DNA of 64,000 nucleotides, taken from NCBI GenBank assembly GCA_964016885.1, contig OZ024751.1, positions 44,206,001 through 44,270,000 of the forward strand, in the 5' to 3' direction. Below, in pieces: positions 39,941-57,164 of the stretch. How positions within the stretch are numbered: position 1 is the first letter of the stretch; each line of letters opens with the position of its first letter. The stretch comes from Eledone cirrhosa. Taxonomy: Eukaryota. The notes under the pieces are model-generated. The model was not told the origin of the DNA. It was given only the letters and a program-made list of their open reading frames with translations, and did no database searches. The translations under genes were made by a program, and so were the position numbers.

Positions 39941-40582
39941 CGATCTATAGCTATAGTTACATTTATTGTGAATATTTCTATATTTTCCTGGAAGCTTATC
40001 TCCAACACACGTTTATCCTTTTAGGTATTGTTGTTGTTGAAATTATTGCCGACAGTATTTCAGAGTAATGAAGACACAGAGTCGAGCATGAGCTGCAGGA
40101 ATCATATATTCTATTAAACGGACACATTATTAAATGAAGTTATAGAAATTTGAATCTATAGCCGATATTATGTAACATTAAACATTACAACAAATCTATA
40201 CAAGAATGTTTTCAATATTATTGACTGGTTTCAGAAATTTGAAGCTAGAAGAACTTTGAGCAATTGAATTGGCACAGTGAAAGTCGATAGAAATATAGGA
40301 TTAACAGTTCATAGATTTGAAAATGTCATCTTTTCAAATGTATAACAAGAATGATATTATTGTTATATAGAATGATGCTGAAAAGAAGATATGTTAGACG
40401 ATCAAGAATGAGAGAAGAAGGGTGTGTGCGAGGAGGGGGAGGATGAGGTGGTGGGTGAGGTGGGGGAGGGGAATTTGAAAGGAATACTCACACACATACA
40501 TATATATATATATACATACTCATATATGTAGACATATATGTGTATCCATAATATATATAAGTATATATATATATATACATAT

Positions 40583-40613
<31 letters not shown>

Positions 40614-40748
40614 AATATATAAATATATATATATACATATCCATATATATATAAATATATGTATACATATACACACACATATATATATATATACATATAT
40701 ATATATACATATATATATATGTATATGCATATGTATTTGATTATGTAT

Positions 40749-40826
<78 letters not shown>

Positions 40827-41128
40827 TATATATACATATACGTATATATATTTATATACGTATATATATATTTATACATATGTGAATGCGAGGCAGATTT
40901 GATTATCTTCTTGCAAAGAAATACATTTTGATTTTTATTGCTTTCACAATTTTACTACTCTGCTACAAAGAGTCAATGTCAATTGCATTCGGTTACTTTC
41001 TAGAATAATACAAAGATTCCAGAACCTTCTCTCTCATAGTTTGTACTATCCAGCTTTGATAGCTGATCTCTACTATAAACATTTTACTCATAATCAATGG
41101 CACAGCAAACGTATTTGTTATTTGTCAG

Positions 41129-41258
<130 letters not shown>

Positions 41259-41458
41259 TACATACATATATATATATAATTATATGAACTATAAAACACA
41301 AAACGTATACCGTTTTTTAAACGTTTTATCTAATTTATTGTATTTTATTATATTCTAACTTTTACATCTCAGCTTTCTATAACTTACTCTTCGTACCTTG
41401 CCCTCAATCGTACACGCTACAATAAAACTACGCAACCCACTATGTATCTCTCTCTCTC

Positions 41459-42200
<742 letters not shown>

Positions 42201-43142
42201 TTTTTGAATTTGGCAAAGCCGGCCAGTTGGCGAAATGAATAGACGTGCTTATATTCAAAGTTTTTTCGTTTCTACCTCTAACTTTAAGAATGTCCTAGAA
42301 GCGGCTTATGTCAATATGTTGCCCCTACCACTCTACTAGGAGTTACGAGATTATGCATGAATTGTTCACATGCATTTGTCATCTGGCGTATATACACACA
42401 TTAGATGTTTCATAAAAGATGCCTGAAACCTACCTCATCCAACACACTCTACAATATTTTTTTCACAACTGAACAACTAGAGGTTTACGACTTCACACAG
42501 AGGTGAAGCAATCACAAACCCAAAAGCGTTGATCTGTTCTTCTCAATCCTTGTAAAAGGGTATTCTTGTACGAAATATTAAGGTTTATTAGGTTTTAGGG
42601 TAAACATTTTTTTTTTTTTATATATAATTGTCATTTATATTTCCTCTTCCCCACAACAACATTACCATGGCTTTGTAAATAACTACACACCCACGCGCAC
42701 AGACATACACGCACACGCACGCTCTAACTAACACATACATGCGCACATACACACCCACACACATCCATACAAATATATATTTATTCTTTTCCCGGTTTCA
42801 GTCAGTAGACTGCGGCCATGCTTGGGTACTACCTTGATCATATCAACACCTGTACTATTTTTTTTACCTCTGGAAATTTACTTTACGAAACATAAACAAA
42901 CAATAAACATAAACACACACTAACACACACACACACACATTCACACTCACACTCACAGATTTCACGCATACACACACACGTACGCACTGACACACGTATT
43001 TATGTATAAATATAGATATATTGAGAGATTAAGAGAGAGAGGGGGGGGGGGGGAGAAGGAGAGAGAGAGAGAGAATTGGAGGTAAATTGAGAATTAATTA
43101 AACTTTAAAACCTTTAAATAAATATTCTAAATGTTAATGATG

Positions 43143-43210
<68 letters not shown>

Positions 43211-43304
43211 CATATATATATATATATATGACATATATCTATACATGTACACACTCACACATATATGTTTGCATATATATGTAAATATATATATATATAT
43301 ATAT

Positions 43305-43341
<37 letters not shown>

Positions 43342-43384
43342 GCGAGAGAGAGAGAGAGGGAGAGAGAGACAGAGAGAGATAGAT

Positions 43385-43456
<72 letters not shown>

Positions 43457-43747
43457 TGTAGAAGATACAGCTGAAGTGTTTGCTAGTGCAAAATTAAATG
43501 TATAATATTTCTATGGAAACATAAATTAGATTGTCTGAAACGAGATTTGGTGAAAATCTAAAATTAATTTTTTCTATGGTTCTCAAATGTCTTGGAACCA
43601 ATCTACTATTTACTTTTCCATCATTAGTTCCACCAATGACATTTCGGAAAATATTCATTTTATTGGTTCGGCAACCGATCTCATTAATATTTTTGTATCT
43701 TTATATTTTTCCTTGTTTATATATATATATATATTTTTTTTCCCTTG

Positions 43748-43814
<67 letters not shown>

Positions 43815-43871
43815 TAATAAAAATAATGAATAAAAACAAAGAAACAGTTCCTTATATTAAAAAATTCATCA

Positions 43872-43996
43872 TTTTACGATCGTTTCTAGGATATATATGT
43901 GTGTGTTGGTATGTATATCATATAGATCTATGTAACATTTTTACAAACTATCAGAGGGAATATACATACCTACACATATATATGCTGTCTTCAGAA
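43872..43996 (-). ncRNA. Hammerhead-like motif with very long stem II
   Basis: Minus strand: CTGAAGA (43994-43988); stem II ATATATATGTGT/ACACATATATAT and GGTATGTATAT/ATATACATACC; GAAA; palindrome ACGATCGT (43876-43883); GUA triplet; weak stem I. Confidence 0.5.
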
Positions 43997-44002
43997 CTCC
44001 CT

Positions 44003-44060
<58 letters not shown>

Positions 44061-44118
44061 ACACATTTATATATATATACATTTATATATATATATACAT
44101 TTATATACATATATATGT

Positions 44119-44207
<89 letters not shown>

Positions 44208-44835
44208 CGTGTGTGTATATATATATATGTACATATATATATATGTATATATGTGTACATATGTATATGTATATATATATAGGTTTTGCTCTTGTTTTGA
44301 AAATGTATTTTTCGTTCATTTACATATAATTATAATGTTCACTCCACTTTAACTGTAGTAATTTAAGCCAGTCTGAATTAATTATTTCTATAATTAAACA
44401 TTAAGAATAATTTCCCTCTAATAAATTCACTAATCTTTATTCCTGATTTTTTGATTGCAAAGATTTCGCACACGACGCTCTTCTTCAAGAATTTCTCGTC
44501 TTACCAATTTGGTTTTATTGATTTTTTATAATTCTTATTTATTGATTTTATTATTTTATTATTATATGTTCTTTTTTTGGTGGTGGTGGTGGTGGGGGTG
44601 GGGGGAGGGTCAATCTTTAACAGTATTTGTTTGCTTTTAGTGTGTATATATGTGTTTGTGTGTGTGTTTGTGTGTGTGTGCCTGTTAGTGTGTTTGTTTG
44701 TGCTTGTGTGTGTTTCTGTTTGTGTATGTGTGGGAGTGCGTGTATGTGTATGTATGTTTGCGCTTGTGTGTGTTTCTGCCTGTTTATGTGTGTGTGTTTG
44801 TGTGTGTGTATATGTGTGTGTGTGTGTATGTGTGT

Positions 44836-45222
44836 GGACGCTCATGGCCAAATGATAAAGGAGTTTACATCTTGCGAAAGTGTCATTTACCAAAGCCTCG
44901 GGTAAACCCATATCTTGAGAGTAAAATATGGTAGACGGAAACTATTTAGAAGCCCGTTGGATGGACTGTACCTGCTATTTAAAGGAATAGCCTTGTCATA
45001 CACAGTGTGTCATGCTGAATCTCGTTGGGAGTATCGGTAGAGCGTCAGACACCATACTTTGAAGCATAGAGTTATGGCTCTTTATGTTCTGAGTGGTCGA
45101 TAAAATAAAGCATCCTTACGGGGTGGATACAATAAAGCACCAGTCATGCACTGGGGTCGATTTAATCGAATTTCCTCTCTCCCTCAAATAGCTGGCCCTC
45201 TGCCTATAGTAGAAACCATTAT
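44836..45222 (+). mobile_element. Adjacent diverged SINE fragments of both families
   Basis: TGGTAGACGGAAAC and GCCTTGTCATAC (first family); GTATCGGTAGAGCG..GCACTGGGGTCGATTTAATCG..GTAGAAACCATTATT (second family). Confidence 0.55.
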
Positions 45223-45229
45223 TACAACC

Positions 45230-46562
45230 CACCACCGCCACCACCACCACCACCACCACCACACCACGACGACGACGACGACAACGACGACGACGACGAC
45301 GACGACCACCACCATCACCACCACTAGCACCACCACCACCACCACCACCACCACCGCCACCATCACCACCACCACCACCGCCGCCGCCACGACGACGACG
45401 ACGACGACAACGACGACGACCACCACCACCACCACCTCCACTACCACGACCACCACCACACCACCACCACCACCACACCACCACCACCTCCACTACCACG
45501 ACCACCACCACACCACCACCACCACCATCACCACCACCAGCCACCACCGCCACCGCCACCACCACACCACCACCACCGCCGCCACCACGACGACGACGAC
45601 GACGACCACCACCACCACCACCACCACCACCACTACCACCGCTTCCACCACTACCACCACTACCACCGCTGCCACTACCACACCACCACCACCCTACCAC
45701 CGCCGCCACCACCACCACCACCACCACACCACCACCACCACCACTACCACGACCACCACCACCACACCACGACCACCACCACGACCACCACCACACCACG
45801 ACCACCACCACCACCACCACCACCACCACACCACGACCACCACCACCACCACCACGACCACCACCACCACCACCACCACACCACCACCACCACCACCACC
45901 ACCACCACCACCACCACCACCACCACCACCACCACCACCACTACCACGACCACCACCACCACACCACGACCACCACCACGACCACCACCACACCACGACC
46001 ACCACCACCACCACCACCACCACCACACCACGACCACCACCACCACCACCACGACCACCACCACCACCACCACCACACCACCACCACCACCACCACCACC
46101 ACCACCACCACCACCACCACACCACCACCACCACCACCACCACCACCACCACACCACCACCACCACCACCACCACCACCACCACCACCACCACCACCACC
46201 ACCACCACCACCACCACCACCACCACCACCACCACCACCACCACCACCACCACCACCACGACCACCACCACCACACCACCACCACCACCACGACCACCAC
46301 CACGACCACCACCACCACCACCACCACCACACCACGACCACCACCACCACCACCACCACCACCACCACCACCACCACCACCACCACCACCACCACCACCA
46401 CCACCACCACCACCACCACCACCACCACCACGACCACCACCACCACACCACCACCACCACCACGACCACCACCACGACCACCACCACCACCACCACCACC
46501 ACACCACGACCACCACCACCACCACCACCACCACCACCACCACCACCACCACCACCACCATC
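45230..46562. repeat. (ACC)n/(ACG)n triplet repeat
   Basis: Direct inspection. Confidence 0.9.
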
Positions 46563-46739
46563 ATTAGCTACACTTCCTGTTGCTAAGATAATAAATACAA
46601 CAGTCCATTAGCTGAGATGTTTTTAACTATCTTATGTTTATCTACACATACATATGAGTACACAAACACACACACAAACACACACTCAAACACACACACA
46701 CAAATGCATACATACACACACACATATATATATATTTAC

Positions 46740-46826
<87 letters not shown>

Positions 46827-47130
46827 AATTAAAATACTAGAGTGCGTTGGAGTAAAACACTCGTCGTATTATAGAAATGACAGTATAGGATATATATATA
46901 TATATATATAGGATATATATATATATAGATCGGATATATATATATTCATATATATATGTAAATATATATATATGTGTGTGTATATATATGTAAATATATA
47001 TATATAATACACACACACACATATATATATATTCATATATATATTCATATATATATATATATTTATGTATATATGTATATATATATATATATATATATAA
47101 ATATTCATATATATATATATTCATAAATAT

Positions 47131-47186
<56 letters not shown>

Positions 47187-48025
47187 ATATATATAACCAC
47201 CCATATTGAAACATGTGGGTACCGTGTCTATCCAACAGGTATCTAGAGAGCAGAGTAGTTAATAGAGTGCAGCGGCAGTGGGTTAGGGTGGAGGTGGGGT
47301 GAGGGTGAAGTGAGGGCGGAGAGGCGTTACTGGGTAAGAGCCATTAACCCCGACTGAGGAGTAAGCCGTATGTCGTTATGCGGGCTGTCGTATAACAAAG
47401 ATCACTCCAGTCCCACTTGAACTATAAGGGACCCTAATGAGATTCTCAGCAACAACTGCAGCAACGTCGTTACCAATCTCGTTTTAGGGGACTTTAGAAT
47501 AAATCTAACCAGATGGCTTTTTGCCTAGATTTCTCGACATCTTTCAAAAGGGGGTTGGAAGCGTCTGCAAATGTCGATATTTGTATCAAGTTATATATAG
47601 TAACATAGATTGTTATTGTTGTGCGGCTTTAACGTCTTCTTTACTTTTCACAAACATTGAACACTCTGGTAAGATTCTTTCAAAGTATCTTACCAGAGTG
47701 TTCGTTCCAGGGAGAGGTTTTGATTCAGATTCCAGGCTTTCAGATCATCTTTGATATGTGGGTTTCTGGCCCCCCCCCCTTCCCTGTAGACCAGGGGCCA
47801 CAATTTTGGGACAACGGTGTATACACCCACATCACTACGGTTTACGTGTCCAAACCAACGAGTCGAGTGTCGAGTGTTGATATATTTAATAAAAGTAGCT
47901 CCCGAAATACGAAAAGTAAAAATGTGCTTCTGCATGTGTGTGTACGTATGCATGTATGTATATATATATATATATATATAGGATGTTTGTATATATATAT
48001 AAAGAATAAGTATGCATACTGGCCG

Positions 48026-48093
<68 letters not shown>

Positions 48094-48136
48094 TTCAGGC
48101 ATTATACATACTTATTCTTTATTATATATGTATACA

Positions 48137-48213
48137 TTACCCACTCTACTACCCTAAGTATTGAGTACTTTGGTGCGTTATGGTCCATCTGGTTTCTTAC
48201 CACATTTCCTTCG
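48137..48213. mobile_element. Family A tail-only fragment
   Basis: TTACCCACTCTACTACCCTAAGTATTGAGTACT...CCTTCG matches the tails at 2714 and 31394. Confidence 0.7.
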
Positions 48214-48464
48214 TTATATATATATATATATATATATATATACTTATATACATATACCCATATACTCTGAAGCGTGCATGTGTGTGTTGGTGTGTGTGTA
48301 CACCATATTGTGTGTTTTAAGTATTGTTTACTATCTCATATCCTCTGTCACACACCACCCCCACCACCACCCCCACTCCCACCATCAACACACGACATAC
48401 AAATTTAGACATGACTAGTGTTAATTATACAATGTTACCAGATTCTGGATCATCTTGAAGACTC

Positions 48465-48497
<33 letters not shown>

Positions 48498-49211
48498 ACT
48501 ATCTATCTATCTATCTCCCACTCACTCTTTCCCTCTACCATATACCCTTTCTCTATCCCCCCCCTCTCTCTCTGTCACACATTCACACGTACACATACAA
48601 CTGTTTATTCTTTCTTTCTACCGCCCCTCTCTTCTATACGATATCTATTATCTCCATGTCACCACCACCACCACCTCTACGTCACCACCACCACCACCAC
48701 TATCATCAATCACCACTACCACCACCACCACCACATCACCACAACCACCACCACCACCACCACCACCACCATCACCACCACCACCACCACCATCAATCAC
48801 CACTACCACCACCACCACCACTACCACCACCAACAACAACAACAATACCACCACCACGACTACCACCACCACCACCACCACGACCACCACTGCCACCCCC
48901 ACCACACCACCACCATCACCACACACCACCACCACCACCACGACCACCACCACCACCATCACCACACCACCACCATCACCACACACACCACACACCACAC
49001 ACCACCACCATCACCACAATATCTAAATGATATTTATCAATCAATAAAACGCCAATCATTCCCACTGGATCTCCATCCAAACTATTGTAACATGTTCTCT
49101 TGTTTTAAGTGAACCAATTGACCAATCACATCGCTTCAACGAGAAGCTTGCTTTTATCATTTACTTCATTATCGTTTTATTTCATTTTATATTATATTAT
49201 ATCATATCATT

Positions 49212-49258
<47 letters not shown>

Positions 49259-49550
49259 ATTATATTATATTATTGTTATTATTATTATATTATATTATAT
49301 TATATTATATTATATAATATTGTTATTATTATTATATTATATTATATTATATTATATTATATATTATTGTTATTATTTTCAACTCGGCGGTGCAGAATAC
49401 AGATAGATTATATCTTCAACTAGTGTACTAACTCTGTCAAAAAGTAATGGCCGATATTTCCGTGTCAGCATTAATCTTTTATTACATTTTATATTCAAAA
49501 TTTCAATTTAAGATTTTGTAGACAAATTCGAAATAATTCTCTCTCACTCA

Positions 49551-49681
<131 letters not shown>

Positions 49682-50427
49682 TCTCTCTCTCTCTCTTCTC
49701 ATCTTCCTCCTTTTCCTTCCCTTTACTCAATCAACCTCTATATACATCTTCTCTCTTTTTCGTCTTTATCAACTAGTAGTTACACAACTTAATCCATCTT
49801 TTTTTACAGGTTTGTCAATGAAGATTTTCAGCTAATGAATTTTCAAACCTCTGCAAAAAAAAAAAAAAAAATTTTTAAATAAATAAATAAATAAACAAAT
49901 AAATAAAAATAAAATTTAAAAAAACGAAAACAACAGATAAATAAAAATAAAAATATCAACCAAAGAGAAACAAAACAAGAAAAACAGCTAAATTCCTAAA
50001 ATAAAACATTAAGTGACGACTTGCAGAAGCCCCTTGACATATTAAGAAAAAAGCAAGAGCTATTAAACTTTGTGAAATATTGAAGTTCTTGAGAAATGAA
50101 TTTTGATTGTAAGTCCAACACTCTTACCACAAGGCTATGCGAATCAGGTCTTGTAAAATTACGTTATGAGTTCAAACCCACCAAAGTCAACTTTCCCAAT
50201 TGAATATTTCAAGGAAGATAACTACTCAGATATTTACCAATTAATGCAAGCTTTATGTTTCTCTTTGTTGAAGCAATTTTTTAAAGAATGAAAACTCACG
50301 GAAGGTGGGAGAAATAATGTAAAATGGGGAAGTTTGTTTTAAGTTCTCTCTATGTAACCTATTATATACCAGTAATATATAGGGATTAATGTAATCAACC
50401 ACGCATTTCAGAGAAATTTACATGTAC

Positions 50428-50482
<55 letters not shown>

Positions 50483-50487
<5 letters not shown>

Positions 50488-50899
50488 AGTATGTATGTAT
50501 ACGTACATACATATATGTATACAGACGTACAGTAGCATGCATATATATATATATATATATATACATACAGGTACACATACATATATGTACGCATCAGTTT
50601 AGCGGACGCTTATTATAGCGCCCGCTTTGTTCGTTTGTAAACAAACTGAACAGCCTGAATTTATGCCGTACGGTGTTAAGGCAACAACGTTATAACAAAG
50701 CGGGCGCTATAATAAGCGTCCGCTAAACTGATACGTACATATATGTATGTGTACCTGTATGTATATATATATATATATATATATGCATGCTACTGTACGT
50801 CTGTATACATATATGTATGTACGTATACATACATACTTACATTTAAGTAAGTGCCGTACTAAGAGTGAGAAATGAAATTTCGTTTTCATTTTATTACAA

Positions 50900-50900
<1 letters not shown>
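50483..50900. repeat. Fold-back (arms 50483-50631 and 50694-50842, 62-nt loop) plus tail between (TA)n tracts
   Basis: About 149-bp near-perfect inverted repeat. Confidence 0.8.
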
Positions 50901-50945
<45 letters not shown>

Positions 50946-50950
<5 letters not shown>

Positions 50951-51116
50951 AAAGAGTCAGGACCCCGACAGCTGAGCTCCGGCCATTTTTGACAGCTAGA
51001 TCCGGAGCTCAGCCGTCGAGGTCCTGACTCTTTCCTTATTTACCCACTCTACTACTCTCAGTATCGAGTACTCTGGTGCGTTATGGTCCATCTGGTTCCT
51101 TACCACATTTCCTTCG

Positions 51117-51163
<47 letters not shown>

Positions 51164-51207
51164 AAGAAGTATGACCCCGACGGCAGAGCTCACCGTTTCG
51201 ACGGCTA
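50946..51207. mobile_element. Family A variant fold-back plus tail (50946-51116) and isolated half-arm (51160-51207)
   Basis: Inverted repeat GGAAAGAGTCAGGACC..GAGCTCCGG / CCGGAGCTC..GGTCCTGACTCTTTCC with the family A tail. Confidence 0.75.
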
Positions 51208-51224
51208 TAACACACACACACACA

Positions 51225-51294
<70 letters not shown>

Positions 51295-51474
51295 CACAAT
51301 CATGTATGCATGTATTTACCGTATAACCATGCGTCCATCAGATTTTCAAATGAAGAATTAAATATTTAACGGCAGATTTTGCATATGGGCGATGTGCTCC
51401 TAGTATGCGAAAAACGTACACATACACACATATACGCAAACACACGCACACACACACACACACACACACACTCA

Positions 51475-51522
<48 letters not shown>

Positions 51523-52062
51523 CAAACTTACATACATGAATACATATATACGTACATACGTACGTACATACATGCATGCATATATACATGCAATCACACA
51601 CACACATACATATATACATATATACATACATACATATATACATACATACATGCACACATACATACATACATGCATACATATATACGTACATACATACATA
51701 TATACATGCATGCATATATACATGCAATCACACACACACACATACATACATATATACATATATACATACATACATATATACATACATACATGCACACATA
51801 CATACATACATGCACACATAAATACATACGTACATAAATACATACATATCTACATACACATACATACCTACGTACATACATACATATATACATACACATA
51901 CATACGTACGTACATACATACATACATATATACATACACACACACACATACATACATACATATATACACACACAAACATACATGCATACACACACACACG
52001 CATACATACATACATACATACATACATACATACATACATACATACATACATACATACATACA

Positions 52063-52095
<33 letters not shown>

Positions 52096-52504
52096 GCAAC
52101 TATTTACACATGGTTGTTCCTGTCTTTGATTTCGTCAGATGAGAACTAATTTTCCATGAAGTCTACGGAATTCTTCAGAAAATTCTAGAGAAAGCCACTA
52201 ACCAACTTTGGAACATTCTAAAAGAGAAAGTAACTGGGTAATTAGATCCTAATTACAGCCAATATTCATCAAGATACAAGCTACTAATGTGCTTTCTAAT
52301 CATTAGTAGACAAAGCAAGAATCCATTCCTCTAACCAGCCTGAAAATCTTCCGCATTTAATACAAATTTATTGACTCAATTTTTCTGTAATTTCATCACA
52401 TGGTATGTATGTATGTATGTATGTATGTATGTATGTATGTATGTATGTATGTATGTATGTATGTATGTATGTATGTATGTATACATGTGTGTGTGTGTGT
52501 ATGT

Positions 52505-52544
<40 letters not shown>

Positions 52545-52601
52545 ATGTATGTATGTATGTATGTATGTATGTATGTATGTATGTATGTATGTATGTATGT
52601 A

Positions 52602-52636
<35 letters not shown>

Positions 52637-52657
52637 ATGTATGTATGTATGTATGTA

Positions 52658-52688
<31 letters not shown>

Positions 52689-52717
52689 ATGTATGTATGT
52701 ATGTATGTATGCATGTC

Positions 52718-52752
<35 letters not shown>

Positions 52753-52897
52753 GTGTGTGTATGTATGTATGTATGTATGTATGTATGTGTGTGTATGTGT
52801 GTGTGTATGTATGTATGTAAGTATGTATGTTTATATGTGTGTGTGTCTCTGTGTGTGTGTATGTATGTATGTATGTATGTATGTATGTATGTATGTA

Positions 52898-52928
<31 letters not shown>

Positions 52929-53018
52929 ATGTATGTATGTATTTATATATGTGTCATTGTGTATCCGTGTGTTACATTTACTATATATAGAGAGTAAGAG
53001 GGAGAGAAAGAGTGAAAA

Positions 53019-53092
<74 letters not shown>

Positions 53093-53237
53093 ATAGAGAG
53101 AGAGAGAAAAGAGAGAGAGAGACAGATAGATAGATAAATAAATAGGTAGATAGATAGATAGAGAGAGAGAGGCAGATAGATAGATAAATAAATAGGTAGA
53201 TAGATAGATAGAGAGAGAGAGGCAGATAGATAGATAA

Positions 53238-53298
<61 letters not shown>

Positions 53299-53339
53299 AT
53301 CCAAAAGAGACTCTGTACGAACCCTCACCACAGCCGACA

Positions 53340-56300
53340 CCAACACCACAACCAATGGCACAACCACCACCTCAACTATCACCCCAACCACCACCACCAC
53401 CAACATCACAACCAACACCATAACAACCACCACCTCAACTATCACCACAACCACCACCACGAACATCACAACCAACACCGTAACAACCACCACCTCAACT
53501 ATCACCACAACCACCACCACCAACATCACAACCAACACCATAACAACCACCACCTCAACTGGCACCACAACCACCACCACCACCAACATCACAACCAACA
53601 CCGTAACAACCACCACCTCAACTATCACCACAACCACCACCACCAACATCACAACCAACACCATAACAACCACCACCTCAACTATCACCACAACCACCAC
53701 CACCAACATCACAACCAACACCATAACAACCACCACCTCAACTGGCACCACAACCACCACCACCACCAACATCACAACCAACACCGTAACAACCACCACC
53801 TCAACTATCACCACAACCACCACCACCAACATCACAACCAACACCATAACAACCACCACCTCAACTGGCACCACAACCACCACCACCACCAACATCACAA
53901 CCAACACCGTAACAACCACCACCTCAACTATCACCACAACCACCACCACCAACATCACAACCAACACCGTAACAACCACCACCTCAACTATCACCACAAC
54001 CACCACCACCAACATCACAACCAACACCATAACAACCACCACCTCAACTATCACCACAACCACCACCACCAACATCACAACCAACACCATAACAACCACC
54101 ACCTCAACTGGCACCACAACCACCACCACCACCAACATCACAACCAACACCGTAACAACCACCACCTCAACGATCACCACAACCACCACCACCAACATCA
54201 CAACCAACACCATAACAACCACCACCTCAACTGGCACCACAACCACCACCACCAACATCACAACCAACACCATAACAACCACCACCTCAACTATCACCAC
54301 AACCACCACCACCAACATCACAACCAACACCGTAACAACCACCACCTCAACTATCACCACAACCACCACCACCAACATCACAACCAACACCATAACAACC
54401 ACCACCACAACTATCACCACAACCACCACCACCAACATCACAACCAACACCATAACAACCACCACCTCAACTATCACCACAACCACCACCACCAACATCA
54501 CAACCAACACCATAACAACCACCACCTCAACTATCACCACAACAACCACCACCAACATCACAACCAACACCATAACAACCACCACCTCAACTATCACCAC
54601 AACCACCACCACCAACATCACAACCAACACCATAACAACCACCACCTCAACTATCACCACAACCACCACCACCAACATCACAACAAACACTGTAACAACC
54701 ACCACCTCAACTATAACCACAACCACCACCACCAACATCACAACCAACACCGTAACAACCACCACCTCAACTATCACCACAACCACCACCAACATCACAA
54801 CCAACACCATAACATCCACCACCTCAACTATCACCACGACCACCACCACTAACATCACAACCAACACCATAACAACCACCATCTCAACTATCACCACAAC
54901 CACCACCACCAACATCACAACCAACACCATAACAACCACCACCTCAACTATCACCACAACCACCACCACCAACATCACAACCAACACCATAACAACCACC
55001 ACCTCAACTATCACCACAACCACCACCACCAACATCACAACCAACACCATAACAACCACCATCTCAACTATCACCACAACCACCACCACCAACATCACAA
55101 CCAACACCGTAACAACCACCACCTCAACTATCACCACAACCACCACCACCAACATCACAACCAACACCGTAACAACCACCACCTCAACTATCACCACAAC
55201 CACCACCACCAACATCACAACCAACACCATAACAACCACCACAACCACCACAACCAACATCACAACCAACACCGTAACAACCACCACCTCAACTATCACC
55301 ACAACCACCACCACCAACATCACAACCAACACCGTAACAACCACCACCTCAACTATCACCACAACCACCACCACCAACATCACAACCAACACCGTAACAA
55401 CCACCACCTCAACTATCACCACAACTACCACCACCAACATCACAACCAACACCATAACAACCACCACAACCACCACAACCAACATCACAACCAACACCGT
55501 AACAACCACCACCTCAACTATCACCACAACCACCACCACCAACATCACAACCAACACCGTAACAACCACCACCTCAACTATCACCACAACCACCACCACC
55601 AACATCACAACCAACACCGTAACAACCACCACCTCAACTATCACCACAACTACCACCACCAACATCACAACCAACACCATAACAACCACCACAACCACCA
55701 CAACCAACATCACAACCAACACCGTAACAACCACCACCTCAACTATCACCACAACCACCACCACCAACATCACAACCAACACCGTAACAACCACCACCTC
55801 AACTATCACCACAACCACCACCACCAACATCACAACCAACACCATAACAACCACCACAACCACCACCACCAACATCACAACCAACACCGTAACAACCACC
55901 ACCTCAACTATCACCACAACCACCACCACCAACATCACAACCAACACCATAACAACCACCACAACCACCACAACCAACATCACAACCAACACCGTAACAA
56001 CCACCACCTCAACTATCACCACAACCACCACCACCAACATCACAACCAACACCATAACAACCACCACAACCACCACCACCAACATCACAACCAACACCGT
56101 AACAACCACCACCTCAACTATCACCACAACCACCACCACCAACATCACAACCAACACCGTAACAACCACCACCTCAACTATCACCACAACCACCACCACC
56201 AACATCACAACCAACACCATAACAACCACCACAACCACCACAACCAACATCACAACCAACACCATAACAACCACCACAACCACCACAACCAACATCACAA

Positions 56301-56990
56301 CCAACACCGTAACAACCACCACCTCAACTATCACCACAACCACCACCACCAACATCACAACCAACACCATAACAACCACCACAACCACCACCACCAACAT
56401 CACAACCAACACCGTAACAACCACCACCTCAACTATCACCACAACCACCACCACCAACATCACAACCAACACCGTAACAACCACCACCTCAACTATCACC
56501 ACAACCACCACCACCAACATCACAACCAACACCGTAACAACCACCACCTCAACTATCACCACAACCACCACCACCAACATCACAACCAACACCATAACAA
56601 CCACCACAACCACCACCACCAACATCACAACCAACACCGTAACAACCACCACCTCAACTATCACCACAACCACCACCACCAACATCACAACCAACACCGT
56701 AACAACCACCACCTCAACTATCACCACAACCACCACCATCACCAACATCACAACCAACACCATAACAACCACCACCTCAACTATCACCACAACCACCACC
56801 ACCAACATCACAACCAACACCGTAACAACCACCACCTCAACTATCACCACAACCACCACCACCAACATCACAACCAACACCATAACAACCACCACAACCA
56901 CCACCACCAACATCACAACCAACACCATGACAACCACCACCACAACTATCACTACAACCACCACCAACGCCAGCATCATCACCACAACAA
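53340..56990. repeat. About 3.6-kb minisatellite, 60-bp unit (57/63/39-bp variants)
   Basis: Unit AACATCACAACCAACACCRTAACAACCACCACCTCAACTATCACCACAACCACCACCACC. Confidence 0.95.
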
Positions 56991-57164
56991 CCATCACCAA
57001 CACCAGCAACTTCATCATCATCACCACAACCACCACCAACACCAACATCGTCACAATCACCACCAAGAGCAATCACAACTACCATCATCGTTACCACCCT
57101 CAAACCACCATCCCTACCACCATCACCACCACCACCACCACACCCACCATCACCGTCACCACCA

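Noticed and set aside
40020-40400. AT-rich non-repetitive stretch that might be a decayed transposase
   Set aside because: No long ORF and no recognisable motif.
52981-57072. 1363-aa poly-Val ORF on the minus strand
   Set aside because: Antisense reading of the 60-bp minisatellite; biophysically implausible.
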